The notes under the pieces: generated by a model
Database searches by the model: none
Seen by the model: the letters and a program-made list of their open reading frames with translations, nothing else
What the model was told of the DNA's origin: nothing
Program-made: the position numbers and the translations under genes
Origin: Rhodospirillaceae bacterium
GTDB lineage: Bacteria > Pseudomonadota > Alphaproteobacteria > MPNO01 > UBA2964
DNA length: 64,000 nucleotides
Direction of reading: 5' to 3'
Assembly (NCBI GenBank): GCA_002709075.1
Contig: PAPV01000013.1
Location: forward strand, 169,693 to 233,692
Shown here: one piece after another, positions 31,929-42,750 of the stretch
Layout: the number at the start of each line of letters is the position of its first letter
Numbering within the stretch: position 1 is the stretch's first letter

Positions 31929-32014
31929 TATGCAGGTCAATGATAATCGAAGCAACATGTTTTTTGTTAACGGTGTTCTGGCACCGTCGGTTTTTTGGGG
32001 GGGTCAAGACGCCA

Positions 32015-32881
32015 ATGATCAATTTTGATGATCAAGACGGTTTAATTTGGTATGATGGGGCTTTGCGTCCATGGCGTGACGTTGATATTCACGTCCTTAC
32101 TCACGGGTTACATTATGGAAGCTGTGTTTTCGAGGGCGAACGTGTATACAATAACAAAATTTTTAAGTTACGGGAGCATACAGAAAGACTTTTTCAGTCT
32201 GCAAAAGCTCTAGGAATTGAAATTACATGGACCCCCGATCAGCTTGAGCAAGCAACACTGGAGACTGTAAAAGCACAGGGGTTTGCAGATGCTTATGTTC
32301 GTCCCGTGGTTTGGCGTGGCAGTGAAATGATGGGTGTATCCGCCCAAGAGACACAAATTCATGTTGCAATTGCTGTTTGGGAATGGCCATCTTATTTTTC
32401 TCCTGAAGCAAGATTAAAAGGAATTAAGCTGAAATGGGCACCTTGGAAGCGCCCTTCTCCTGAGTGTGCTCCAGTACACGCCAAAGCTGCTGGTCTTTAT
32501 ATGATTTGTACCTTATCCAAACATGACGCGGAAGCAGATGGGTTCGATGATGCTCTGATGCTCGATTGGAGAGGGCAATTAGCAGAAACCACCGGGGCTA
32601 ATCTCTTTCTGGTAATCGATGGGGCAATTCATACTCCGACACCTGACTGTTTTTTAGACGGTATTACGCGAAGGTCTGTAATTCATCTCGCACGGAAGCG
32701 GAACTACAAAATTATCGAGCGTGCGATAATGCCTAGCGAGTTGGAGGACGCTGATGAAATTTTCGTTACCGGCACCGCTGCTGAGGTCACACCAGTTGGA
32801 AAAATTGGTTCCATGAGTTTTTCAATTGGGCCCATCACAAAGTCTCTGCTAGAAGATTATGATGAGTTAGTTAGAGTTTAA
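32015..32881 (+). CDS. ilvE: Branched-chain amino acid aminotransferase
   Basis: HGLHYGSCVFEG, KAAGLY, LDGITR and TGTAAEVTPV motifs; start at MINFDD after a G-run RBS. Confidence 0.94.
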   Translation: MINFDDQDGLIWYDGALRPWRDVDIHVLTHGLHYGSCVFEGERVYNNKIFKLREHTERLFQSAKALGIEITWTPDQLEQATLETVKAQGFADAYVRPVVWRGSEMMGVSAQETQIHVAIAVWEWPSYFSPEARLKGIKLKWAPWKRPSPECAPVHAKAAGLYMICTLSKHDAEADGFDDALMLDWRGQLAETTGANLFLVIDGAIHTPTPDCFLDGITRRSVIHLARKRNYKIIERAIMPSELEDADEIFVTGTAAEVTPVGKIGSMSFSIGPITKSLLEDYDELVRV

Positions 32882-32908
32882 GCCGTTTGTTATTACAGCT
32901 TAATCTGA

Positions 32909-33370
32909 TTAATACTTAATAATATTTTGCCAGCGTTCATCAGCTTCTCTATCCTCTTCTTTGGCTTCAACCCAACGCGTTCCCCTGACAGTTTTTTCTT
33001 TTTTCCAAAATGGCGCTCCGTTTTTTAGGCGGTCTATAAGAAACTGACAACTTTCAAACGCTGCACTCCTATGAGCTGAGGTCGTAATAACCAACACTAT
33101 TTGATCTCCTGGGTTTAATTCTCCATACCGATGAATTATAAGAAGATTTTCTAATGACCAACGATCTAATGCTTCGCATTCAAGTTTTTGTAATATTTTC
33201 TCGGTCATACCCGGGTAATGTTCGAGTGTCATAGTAAGAATTTCTTCGCCATCCGAATTTTCTCGTACCAAACCAACAAAGCTGGCAACTCCTCCTATAT
33301 TGATGTTGCCAGTTGTTAACAATTTGAGTTCAACCGAAATATCAAAATCAGTTTTCTGAATTTTGATCAA
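32909..33370 (-). CDS. moaE: Molybdopterin synthase catalytic subunit
   Basis: LEHYPGMTE, IHRYG, SAHR and APFWKKE motifs. Confidence 0.95.
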   Translation of the reverse strand: MIKIQKTDFDISVELKLLTTGNINIGGVASFVGLVRENSDGEEILTMTLEHYPGMTEKILQKLECEALDRWSLENLLIIHRYGELNPGDQIVLVITTSAHRSAAFESCQFLIDRLKNGAPFWKKEKTVRGTRWVEAKEEDREADERWQNIIKY

Positions 33371-33374
33371 ATTA

Positions 33375-33626
33375 TTATCCCCCGGTCATGGGAGGAAACA
33401 ATGCCACTTCCTCTGCTTTAGAAATTGGGGTGTCTACCGTACCAATTTCTTGGTCAACCGCTACTCGAATTTGGGAGATATTACCTAATGCACTCTCATG
33501 GCTAGGCCCCCTAGAACAAAGAAATGTTATTAAGTCAGAAACAATTTTGACATCAGGGGGTAGGTCAATTGTTTCACCTCCGATACCGATTTTAGATTTT
33601 ACCCATCCGAAGTATAGAATTTTCAT
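33375..33626 (-). CDS. moaD: Molybdopterin synthase sulfur carrier subunit
   Basis: MKILYF...EVALFPPMTGG with C-terminal GG. Confidence 0.95.
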   Translation of the reverse strand: MKILYFGWVKSKIGIGGETIDLPPDVKIVSDLITFLCSRGPSHESALGNISQIRVAVDQEIGTVDTPISKAEEVALFPPMTGG

Positions 33627-34879
33627 TAGGTTATCTCTGAGAAAGGAGTAAAGTTCACCATCATGCCCGGCTCAATTTTGGTTAAATTTTCGGGCAAATC
33701 TATAAGTCCATCGGATGCTACCAGAGACGACAAAATACCAGCCCCATTTTTTGAAAATTTATGAGCTTCCGAAATTCCTTGTTTGTTAATTTTAAGCGAT
33801 ACCCCAATCCATTCTCTAAGTCCAGCCTTTTTGCGATACGAGAAATGAGCTGGCACTTGAAAACAAAGGGGTTGGGTATTTTTTGCCCCGCTAAGCAGTA
33901 GGAGTGCAGGTCGAGCAATCTGCAGAAATGTTATAATCCCGGCTGCCGGATTTCCAGGCAGGCCAATGAATGGTGTTTTTTCAATTTGACCAAGTGCTAA
34001 TGGACGTCCTGGACGAATTGCAATTCGCCAAAAATAAAGGCTCCCGAGAGACGCTGCTGCTTCCCGAATATGATCTTCATCGCCAGATGAAACACCGGCT
34101 GAAGTGATAATAACATCGTATTGCTCAGCGGCATTGTATAGTGCTTCTTCTATATCTTGCAGTTTGTCAGGAAGAATTCCTAAATCCTCTACTTTACATC
34201 CGAGACTTAAAAGAAGCGCGTTTATAGAGTAACGGTTGGAGTCAAAAATACAACCTTCTCTAGGGTTTTCACCTACGTCTAATATTTCGTCCCCCGAGGA
34301 AAATAATGCTATCCGCAGCTGTTTGAACATTTTTAATTGTTTTCGCGAAATAGAGGCTGCTTGGCCAATATGTGCTGCCTGAAGTTTTTGACCTTTGTGC
34401 AGAAAAATATCACCTTTATTTAAGTCTTCTCCAGCTTTGCGGCGATTAATTCCTGAACTTACTCCGGGTGGGACAGAAATATCGTTGCCAATCTGTACAC
34501 AGTCTTCTTGCATAATAACTGTGTCCAGTCCAAATGGAATTGGGGCCCCGGTAAAGATACGCCAAGTCTCGCCTGCATTTGTCAAGTTTTTGGTTGGGTG
34601 ACCAGCGGTGACCCTACCAATAACTTTAAGTTTTGTTGATTTTTTTGGGTTCAGATCTTTGTGCCGAAAAGCATATCCATCTACCGCCGCATTATCAAAT
34701 CGGGGTACAGGGTTTGGTGCGACAATATTCTCGGCCAGAATTCGCCCGACAGAGTTTGAAAGAGATACCAGTTCACTGTCGACAATTGGACCAAGTCTTT
34801 CCTTCAGCATTTTAAGTGCCTCACTGACGGTAATTAACGGTTTTCCACAAGAGAAACAATCGTTTATAAGCTGTCGCAT
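33626..34879 (-). CDS. moeA: Molybdopterin molybdotransferase
   Basis: FDNAAVDGYA, RIFTGAP, SSGDE, RPGRP and LPGNP motifs. Confidence 0.95.
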   Translation of the reverse strand: MRQLINDCFSCGKPLITVSEALKMLKERLGPIVDSELVSLSNSVGRILAENIVAPNPVPRFDNAAVDGYAFRHKDLNPKKSTKLKVIGRVTAGHPTKNLTNAGETWRIFTGAPIPFGLDTVIMQEDCVQIGNDISVPPGVSSGINRRKAGEDLNKGDIFLHKGQKLQAAHIGQAASISRKQLKMFKQLRIALFSSGDEILDVGENPREGCIFDSNRYSINALLLSLGCKVEDLGILPDKLQDIEEALYNAAEQYDVIITSAGVSSGDEDHIREAAASLGSLYFWRIAIRPGRPLALGQIEKTPFIGLPGNPAAGIITFLQIARPALLLLSGAKNTQPLCFQVPAHFSYRKKAGLREWIGVSLKINKQGISEAHKFSKNGAGILSSLVASDGLIDLPENLTKIEPGMMVNFTPFSEIT

Positions 34880-34891
34880 TTCATGGTTCTC

Positions 34892-35401
34892 CTATAATAT
34901 GTGCCCTAGAGGACATGCTCGGCTCATTATTAATTTAGTAATGGCCGGAACATCTTCCAACGAGTAGTGTGGTCTTGTAGGGTTTAACAAAGATACATCG
35001 GTGGCAACGGCGATTATATTCCGGTCTGCAGGCCACATTTGGGGTTTTTTTAATGATGGTCGGTAAACTTCAAGCTTTGGATAGGGCTCGTGTTTAAAAC
35101 CCTCAATTAGTAATATGTCGACTGGACTAAGCTTCTCAATAAGTTGCGCGAGTGTCGGTTCACAATCTTTTGTGTTCTCATGAATAAGAACCCATCTGTG
35201 TGAGGAAGAAATTAAAATCTCTCTGGCCCCAGATTTTCGGAAACGAAACGAGTCTTTGCCTTTTTGATCTATATCGAAATTGTGGTGGGCATGTTTGATA
35301 GTTGCTACTGTTAATTTATGTTTCTTTAACGCCGGAATAAGTTTGGTGATCAAGGTAGTTTTACCGCTGCCACTCCAACCAGTAATTCCAAAAAGCTTCA
35401 T
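34892..35401 (-). CDS. mobB: Molybdopterin-guanine dinucleotide biosynthesis protein B
   Basis: GWSGSGKTT, IKHAHH, GKDS and EGFK motifs. Confidence 0.94.
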   Translation of the reverse strand: MKLFGITGWSGSGKTTLITKLIPALKKHKLTVATIKHAHHNFDIDQKGKDSFRFRKSGAREILISSSHRWVLIHENTKDCEPTLAQLIEKLSPVDILLIEGFKHEPYPKLEVYRPSLKKPQMWPADRNIIAVATDVSLLNPTRPHYSLEDVPAITKLIMSRACPLGHIL

Positions 35402-35976
35402 AGGCTTTCGTTGTTTTTATCTATTTCATCTATCTGGCGTATACCAAGGCGTAAATAATCGTACCCTGTAATCATTGTTAGTGTAGCGGCTATCCACAGA
35501 CACCACTCACCCACAAATTGAGTGGGTAATGCATACGGTCCATAAGGACCAATTATCAGAAGCCCAATCGCTAACATTTGGAGAGCGGTTTTACACTTTG
35601 CAAGAGTAGAAACTGGAACTTTATTGTTTACACCCGCAAGAAACTCTCTTAAACCAGAAACCACTATTTCACGGCATAAGATGACTACTGCTGGCAATAG
35701 GGTCGCCCCGGAAATTTGACCAAAGCCAGTTAAAAGCAATAACGTGGCGGAAACTAAAAGTTTATCTGCTATTGGATCAAGAAACTTACCGAAAGCTGAT
35801 TGTTGGCTCCAAGCTCTTGCAAGATAACCGTCAAGGAAATCGGTAAGTGCTGCGATTGCAAAAAGCCCACAGGCAAGCCATTGTCCCAGTGGTGTTTGTA
35901 AGTAGAATAATGCAACTATACCAGGAATTACAATTATCCTTCCAAGAGTCAGCATATTTGGAACGCTTTTGAGCAT
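35398..35976 (-). CDS. pgsA: CDP-diacylglycerol--glycerol-3-phosphate 3-phosphatidyltransferase
   Basis: PNMLTLGR; TDFLDGYLAR...GKFLDPIADK; downstream of uvrC. Confidence 0.95.
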   Translation of the reverse strand: MLKSVPNMLTLGRIIVIPGIVALFYLQTPLGQWLACGLFAIAALTDFLDGYLARAWSQQSAFGKFLDPIADKLLVSATLLLLTGFGQISGATLLPAVVILCREIVVSGLREFLAGVNNKVPVSTLAKCKTALQMLAIGLLIIGPYGPYALPTQFVGEWCLWIAATLTMITGYDYLRLGIRQIDEIDKNNESL

Positions 35977-36046
35977 AAAGATGACAACCTGTGATTTCCT
36001 GAGTTAAGAAGGAAATGTACAATATTTCTGTATTTTTACTAGATTA

Positions 36047-37945
36047 TCACTGCGTGTGGAAGAATTCATAAATTTTCCTTGCAAGTGAGCTGTTTACTCC
36101 TTTCACTGACTCGAGATCTGTGAGCCCGGCCTCTTTTACAGCTTTTGCAGACCCAAAATGATGCAAAAGCGCTTTCTTTCTTATTGCTCCAACCCCTTCA
36201 ATTTGATCAAGCGGAGATCGTGATATTGTTCTTTGGCGACGCATCTGATGACTATTGATGGCAAATCTATGTGCTTCATCTCTGAGTCTTTGAAGAAAAT
36301 AAAGAACTGGGTTATCATGCTCAATCATAAAGGGTGCACGCTTTCCGGTGTGAAACCTCTCTCTACCGGCATTTCGATCAAGCCCTTTTGATATGCCTAC
36401 TGCTACCAAGTCATCTAGATTTAATTTGGTTAAAACCTTTCGAACGGTGTTTAAATGGCCTTCTCCACCATCTATAAGTACTAGGTCAGGCCAATTATCT
36501 GATGTTCTAAATGGATCCTCTTTTAGCGCTCTGGTGAAACGACGAGTCATAACCTCTCTCATCATGGCATAATCATCACCTGAGGAAGTGTCAGTCATTT
36601 GTAAATTAAATCTTCGGTAATTATTTTTTGCGAAACCTTCAGTTGTAAAAACCACCATTGCTCCAACCGGATTTGCTCCAGAAATGTGACTGTTATCATA
36701 AATTTCAATTCGTTTGAGTGTCGAAGTAACCCCAAAAAGTTTTGCCACATCTTTCATTAATCGAATTTGAGTGGAGTTTTCAGCCATTTTCCGAGCCAAT
36801 GCCTCACGCGCATTTTCCGCAGCGCGAATGACAAGATTATTGCGCATACCTTTTGAAGGGGCTGTTATCGAAACTTTTCTATTAATCTGTTCAGATAACG
36901 CCTCTTTTAAAAGTGTTACCTCTGCAGGTTTCGTGTTAACTAATATGGTGGGAGGAGGATTTTTATTTGAGTAAAATTGTCCGATAAATGCGGCGATGAT
37001 TGTGTTCTTCTTCAAATCCGCCGTTCTAGACGGGAAGTAAGTACGATTTCCAAAGTTTTGGCCACCGCGAAAGAAAAAGACCTGTACGCATGCCTGCCCC
37101 CCTATCGTTTCAAGTGCTATCACATCAGCATCGCCGAGTTTTGCAACATTAATATCTTGATGACTTTGTATTTGAGTAAGTGCTTTGATACGATCGCGCA
37201 GAGATGCAGCATTTTCAAACTCTAACGACTCAGATGCTAGTTGCATCCGGTCCGATAGACTTTCCTGCAAATTACGGTTCTTTCCGTTGAGAAAATTTCG
37301 TGCTTCATTAACGATGTTGGCATATTCCTTTTTATCCACTAATCCAACACAAGGACCTGCGCATCGTCTAATTTGGTATTGCAAACATGGGCGAACCCGA
37401 CTTTTAAAAACTGTGTCCGAACAATTTCTCAAAGGGAATGCCTTTTGCAACGCTGACAATGTCCTGTTCACTGCTCCCGTTGAAGCAAATGGGCCGAAAT
37501 GTTCTCCTTTTTTATTTGGTACGCCACGATGTTTTATCAGTTGAGGCCATAAGCTTTTACTTGTCAAAAGGATGTAGGGAAAAGATTTGTCATCACGTAA
37601 TAGAATATTGTAATGAGGCTTTAACTCTTTGATTAAGTTGCTTTCCAGTAACAGTGCTTCTGTTTCCGTATGAGTAGCAATTACCTCTATATTTTCGGTT
37701 GCGGCAATCATTCTCTGAATTCTGAGAGGATGCTGATCAGGCTTAGTGTAGGCGTTTACACGACGTTTAAGATTTCGTGCTTTGCCCACATATAGTATTG
37801 TGCCCGACTTGTCGATCATCCGATAAACGCCTGGATTTGAAGAGAGTGTTTTCACTACTTGACGAATAACCCCAGCGCCATGTTTTAAAGATGGCGCTTG
37901 TCTATTTTTTTTGGATTTAGACGAAACTATAGATTTTTCCGGCAT
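36047..37945 (-). CDS. uvrC: Excinuclease ABC subunit C
   Basis: PGVYRM..YVGKA (GIY-YIG), YDNSH, IDGG and RDEAHRFA motifs; C-terminal HhH. Confidence 0.97.
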   Translation of the reverse strand: MPEKSIVSSKSKKNRQAPSLKHGAGVIRQVVKTLSSNPGVYRMIDKSGTILYVGKARNLKRRVNAYTKPDQHPLRIQRMIAATENIEVIATHTETEALLLESNLIKELKPHYNILLRDDKSFPYILLTSKSLWPQLIKHRGVPNKKGEHFGPFASTGAVNRTLSALQKAFPLRNCSDTVFKSRVRPCLQYQIRRCAGPCVGLVDKKEYANIVNEARNFLNGKNRNLQESLSDRMQLASESLEFENAASLRDRIKALTQIQSHQDINVAKLGDADVIALETIGGQACVQVFFFRGGQNFGNRTYFPSRTADLKKNTIIAAFIGQFYSNKNPPPTILVNTKPAEVTLLKEALSEQINRKVSITAPSKGMRNNLVIRAAENAREALARKMAENSTQIRLMKDVAKLFGVTSTLKRIEIYDNSHISGANPVGAMVVFTTEGFAKNNYRRFNLQMTDTSSGDDYAMMREVMTRRFTRALKEDPFRTSDNWPDLVLIDGGEGHLNTVRKVLTKLNLDDLVAVGISKGLDRNAGRERFHTGKRAPFMIEHDNPVLYFLQRLRDEAHRFAINSHQMRRQRTISRSPLDQIEGVGAIRKKALLHHFGSAKAVKEAGLTDLESVKGVNSSLARKIYEFFHTQ

Positions 37946-38169
37946 AAATTTGAGCCTCAGTTAATACCCTGATTGATTGTTTGGCGGCTGATCTACCTCA
38001 AATGAAGAACCTTTTGACGCTATAAGTTGCAATAATATAACTTCGTTGCCGATATATAATGATCCATAATAATATTAAAAACAGATTCCGTAACATCGGT
38101 ATAGTAATCAATAAAATTTGTACTGTGATATAGGGTTACACCTGTCAAAGATAAATTTTTAAATTTGAT

Positions 38170-38583
38170 TCACCAATTTCCTCTACATATTTCTACCCCA
38201 ACGCTTCCCGCATCCTCGAAAGCGTTTATTTTTGCTATTTGAATTTTAACTGAATGTACTCTTTTGTCAGCTAGACATATTTGTGCCACTTTTTCAGCTA
38301 GTGTTTCAACTAAATTAATGTGCCCTTCAGCAACTAGTTTTTTTACTGATTCTATTACGTCTTCATAATTTACAACGTCGGATAATTGATCTTTAATCGA
38401 AATACAATCGTTACTGACTTCCATATCCAAATTAATCCGTATAAGTTGCCGCGTGTTTTTTTCATGAGAATGCACACCTATTAAGGCCGACAGAATCAAA
38501 TCGTGAACGAAAACACGCTGCGTATTTGGTTGAGAGAAGTCCTTGGGTAATTTCTGTATTGTTTTACATTCACTCATTGTCAT
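38170..38583 (-). CDS. folB: Dihydroneopterin aldolase
   Basis: IGVHSHEK, VVNY, HINLVETLAE and SVGVEI motifs. Confidence 0.88.
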   Translation of the reverse strand: MTMSECKTIQKLPKDFSQPNTQRVFVHDLILSALIGVHSHEKNTRQLIRINLDMEVSNDCISIKDQLSDVVNYEDVIESVKKLVAEGHINLVETLAEKVAQICLADKRVHSVKIQIAKINAFEDAGSVGVEICRGNW

Positions 38584-38604
38584 TCTGTTCTCTAAAATTT
38601 ATAA

Positions 38605-39375
38605 CTATTCCTGCGGACAATCTTTATTTCCAGAATATTCCCAGCCTAAATGCTGTCCCCCATCAAGTGCGATCATTTGTCCTGTCATTGATTTCGAAGA
38701 CAAAATAAATCGTACCGCAGAGGCTATTTCATTGGGCGTCGCACCTTTTTGTAGAGGCGTCGCTCTCGATTGTGCCTGAAAATCTTCTTTAGTTTGTCTT
38801 TTGGACTGCAATGTAGGTCCTGGTCCTATAGCATTAACACGAATTCTGGGAGCTAGTGCGAGTGCAAGTGATTGGGTAAGAGACCAAAGGCCAGCTTTGC
38901 TTGTGGCATACGATATAAACCAAGGAGTAGGGCTCCACACACGCTGGTCTATTATGTTGACGATGTTACCAGACTGCTGTTCGTTGAGACACTTGAAGAA
39001 TTCTTGCGAGAGAAACAGGGGTGCGCTTAAATTAACCGCCATGTGCTTAGCCCATGAAGTTTCAGTAATCTGGCCAACTTGGTCCATATCAAATACTGAA
39101 GCATTATTTATCAAACACGTAATCGGTCCAAGTGCTTCTGTCGCTCGCTTTACGAGGGTTAGCATTTCCGTGTAGACGTCGAGCCTAGCGTCAAGTGACA
39201 CAACCTTTATCTGTTTACTAGATAAATTTTTAGCGAGGATTTTTGCATCTTCTATTGAATTGTGACAGTGAATTGCTACGTTCCACCCATTTGACACGAG
39301 ATTCTCAACAATTGCTTTTCCTATGCGTTTTGCACCACCCGTAATAAGACAATTTTTGAGCGAATTTGATTCCAT
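38605..39375 (-). CDS. SDR oxidoreductase, pteridine reductase/FolM-like
   Basis: TGGAKRIG, NNAS, YxxxK (YATSK) and TGQ..ALDGG motifs; directly upstream of folB. Confidence 0.85.
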   Translation of the reverse strand: MESNSLKNCLITGGAKRIGKAIVENLVSNGWNVAIHCHNSIEDAKILAKNLSSKQIKVVSLDARLDVYTEMLTLVKRATEALGPITCLINNASVFDMDQVGQITETSWAKHMAVNLSAPLFLSQEFFKCLNEQQSGNIVNIIDQRVWSPTPWFISYATSKAGLWSLTQSLALALAPRIRVNAIGPGPTLQSKRQTKEDFQAQSRATPLQKGATPNEIASAVRFILSSKSMTGQMIALDGGQHLGWEYSGNKDCPQE

Positions 39376-40351
39376 ACCATTTTAATTAAGTAGCAAAAAA
39401 GCAAGTTCAAGAAGTGGCCCACAAAATTTGTACAACGATAGGGCTTTTGAAAAATAATTTTATTATTTTAAGTCTCATATCCCATGAAAAAAGATATTCC
39501 GTGAGGTAAAAAAATAGCTATTCCATCTCTTTTGACTTTTCTAAGTGCAATCTACAGTGGCATTATTCTTCAGGGAATATTTTGCGTAGACCTTAATGTT
39601 TGCGGTTCTTTTTTACTACATAATAGATCAAATGGGATCAAAGCAGAAGATTTAGAATAGCAGACTGAATTTAGTAAAAGGTTGAAGGGCGTCAAAGGAC
39701 ACCTCTTAGTATTTTAGCGACAGCGTCAGAAAGTAGCTGTAGAGCTTTTCCAGGGTCGGCATCTCATGCATTTGTCGCAGATTTTTTGTATTGACGCCCC
39801 CATCCTAAAAGCGCATTTTTTTGAAAATCAATTCTTTACGTTATTGAAAATGCATAGCACGTTTATATCCAACGCTGATATCAATTTTACCAGAATTAGT
39901 CCAAAACCCGAGACGGCATAAATAAATTTCTATCGCTCTTTGTCACAAAAAAATAGTTTAAAGTCTATTTTGTACCGTGATCCCTGTTGTTATTACGGCA
40001 GCGTTAATTTTCAATTTTCTTTAGAGGGCTTAGGGCTTAATCTTTGGAAATAATCGATCTGAGTGCATATCCCGAATAAAACTATATGTCCATTGGTCGA
40101 ATAACGAACATAATCGCCTGATTTAAAATTCATCACATTGTAGCAAAGAGCTACAGGATCGGATGGTGTCTTCGCCAATTATATAATGTAAATAGTCTAT
40201 CAATACCTTTAAGCCCGAGCGCAGGTATTTGTAAAGTTAAACTCAATTTTACAGAGCCGTACACTCCGTACTTTTGCAGGATTTATTTGAATGCTCTTAA
40301 TGTAGAATCCCAGGCCCTGATATTAATTGGCCATACTCACTTTGGTTAGAA

Positions 40352-42463
40352 TTACCCTGATCTTTTTTTATCTTTATTTGCGTTGGCAGCGCGTATTCTC
40401 GCTGCGAGACGTTTGGGACCAATTGGTGCTGTCTCTATAATCCCTAGATCTAAACCCTCGAGGCGTTTTATTTCATCGCGCAAACTAGCCGCTTCCTCAA
40501 ATTCTAGATTAGCGGCCGCCTCTCTCATTTGATCATTTAAACTTGCAATGTGAACTGATAGGTTATTTCCCGCCATACACGCATTACTATCTGTCTCTAT
40601 GTTTACTGTGAAATGATCATTTTCGTATACTGTACGCAATACGTCTCCGATTTCTTTTCGTACTGACTCAGGGGTTATTCCATGTATTTGATTATATGTA
40701 TGTTGTTTCTCTCTCCTACGATTCGTCTCGTTAATGGCATGATCAATTGATTTAGTAATCTTGTCTGAATATAAAATTACACGTCCCTCAACATTTCGAG
40801 CTGCCCGGCCAATTGTTTGTATAAGAGATGTTGACGATCGCAGAAACCCTTCTTTGTCCGCATCTAAAATTGCTACCAAAGCGCATTCAGGAATATCAAG
40901 ACCTTCTCGAAGAAGATTGATACCGATTAAGACGTCAAATGTACCCAGTCGCAGATTTCGAATAATTTCTATCCGCTCTAAAGTATCAATGTCTGAATGC
41001 AGATATCTAACCTTAATACCTGTTTCCTGCATGTACTCCGTCAGATCTTCAGCCATCTTTTTTGTTAATGTCGTAACCAAAACGCGTTGGGATTTTTCAG
41101 CGCATTTACGTGCTTCATACAATAAATCATCCACCTGTCCTTCAACAGGACGTAAAATACAAACAGGATCAGTCAAACCGGTTGGACGAATTACCTGTTC
41201 GATGAAAATTCCACCAGTTTGTTCAAGTTCCCATGGACCAGGGGTTGCTGATACAAAAATTGATTGCGGCCTCATTCTGTTCCATTCTTCGAATTTGAGT
41301 GGTCGATTATCGACACACGAAGGTAATCGAAACCCGAATTCTGATAGCGTAGTTTTTCGATTGTAATCCCCTCTGTACATGCCACCTAATTGAGGAACAG
41401 TGACGTGACTTTCGTCGACAATCAGGAGCGCATCATCAGGAAGATACTCAAATAGAGTTGGAGGTGGAAATCCTGGTGCTCTTCCAGTTAAGTAACGGGA
41501 ATAGTTTTCGATTCCGGCACAGTGTCCGGCGGTTTCCATCATCTCTATGTCAAAGACCGTTCGTTGCTCGAGTCTTTGCGCTTCAAGCAATTTGTTTTGT
41601 TTTTCGAGCTCATCGAGCCGCAATTTTAGTTCGATTTTTATTTGTTTAATTGCCTGCCGAAGTGTTGGTCTCGGCGTTACATAGTGGCTATTCGGATATA
41701 CTGTAATTTGTTTTAGGCTAGCAGAAGTTTTTCCAGTAAGTGGATCAAACTCCGAAATTGACTCAACTTCTTCACCAAAAAAAGATAATCTCCATGCTCT
41801 ATCTTCATAATGTACGGGGAAAACTTCGACTAAGTCCCCGCGCACTCTGAAAGTACCCCTAACAAAGTTTTGATCATTTCGGCGGTACTGCAATTCAACC
41901 AATCGACGCAAAAGGCTATCACGGTCAATAGTTTGCCCTTTCTCAATTCTTATGGTCATTTCAGAATAGGTTTCAACCGATCCTATACCGTATATGCATG
42001 ATACCGATGCTACAATTATTACATCGCGCCTTTCGAGTAGAGCGCGGGTAGCGGAATGCCGCATGCGATCGATTTGTTCATTTATAGACGCATCTTTCTC
42101 TATGTACGTGTCCGTTCGTGGTACGTAAGCTTCTGGTTGGTAATAATCGTAATAAGAAACAAAGTATTCAACGGCATTATTAGGGAAAAAAGTCTTCATT
42201 TCCCCATAGAGTTGAGCGGCAAGGGTTTTATTAGGTGCTAAGATTAATGCTGGTCTTCCAAGTTCTAAGATTGTGTGCGCTATTGTAAACGTTTTCCCTG
42301 ATCCGGTAACACCCAGTAAAACCTGATCTTTATCACCCTCGTTGAAACCGCTGATGATTTGTTTTATTGCTTGTGGTTGGTCCCCTGCTGGATCAAATTC
42401 TGAAGTCAAACTGAAGGAGGCTCGCTCTCCGGTTATGGGTCTTTCATTAATTACTATATTCAT
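40352..42463 (-). CDS. uvrB: Excinuclease ABC subunit B
   Basis: [28 protein letters not shown] and QTIGRAARN motifs. Confidence 0.98.
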   Translation of the reverse strand: MNIVINERPITGERASFSLTSEFDPAGDQPQAIKQIISGFNEGDKDQVLLGVTGSGKTFTIAHTILELGRPALILAPNKTLAAQLYGEMKTFFPNNAVEYFVSYYDYYQPEAYVPRTDTYIEKDASINEQIDRMRHSATRALLERRDVIIVASVSCIYGIGSVETYSEMTIRIEKGQTIDRDSLLRRLVELQYRRNDQNFVRGTFRVRGDLVEVFPVHYEDRAWRLSFFGEEVESISEFDPLTGKTSASLKQITVYPNSHYVTPRPTLRQAIKQIKIELKLRLDELEKQNKLLEAQRLEQRTVFDIEMMETAGHCAGIENYSRYLTGRAPGFPPPTLFEYLPDDALLIVDESHVTVPQLGGMYRGDYNRKTTLSEFGFRLPSCVDNRPLKFEEWNRMRPQSIFVSATPGPWELEQTGGIFIEQVIRPTGLTDPVCILRPVEGQVDDLLYEARKCAEKSQRVLVTTLTKKMAEDLTEYMQETGIKVRYLHSDIDTLERIEIIRNLRLGTFDVLIGINLLREGLDIPECALVAILDADKEGFLRSSTSLIQTIGRAARNVEGRVILYSDKITKSIDHAINETNRRREKQHTYNQIHGITPESVRKEIGDVLRTVYENDHFTVNIETDSNACMAGNNLSVHIASLNDQMREAAANLEFEEAASLRDEIKRLEGLDLGIIETAPIGPKRLAARIRAANANKDKKRSG

Positions 42464-42750
42464 TTTTCAAGATAAAAGAGTGTGTTCAAATTAGGCGGAT
42501 TGCTAAATTATTACAATATTCAACATTTGAATAATACATGATACCGAATTTTACTTTTTAAAGAGTTAATATCCGAATAGTTAGGAGCAATGAATGAGTT
42601 AATTTATATAAAATAAGAACCTGTGTTTCTGACCTCCAATTGCTATTTGTATGACTAAAATATATTTATTTTTCTTACATATCCTGTTTAAGTTTCGCTA
42701 ATTGTTACTAATAAAAGAATGCAGAGCAAACCTTGGAATATAACCATTTT

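Noticed and set aside
40761-41366. Long antisense ORFs (e.g. 201 aa opposite uvrB, 185 aa opposite glmM, 174 aa opposite the OmpA gene, 164 aa opposite carB)
   Set aside because: They lie entirely within well-supported genes on the other strand and show no protein motifs; codon-symmetry shadows.
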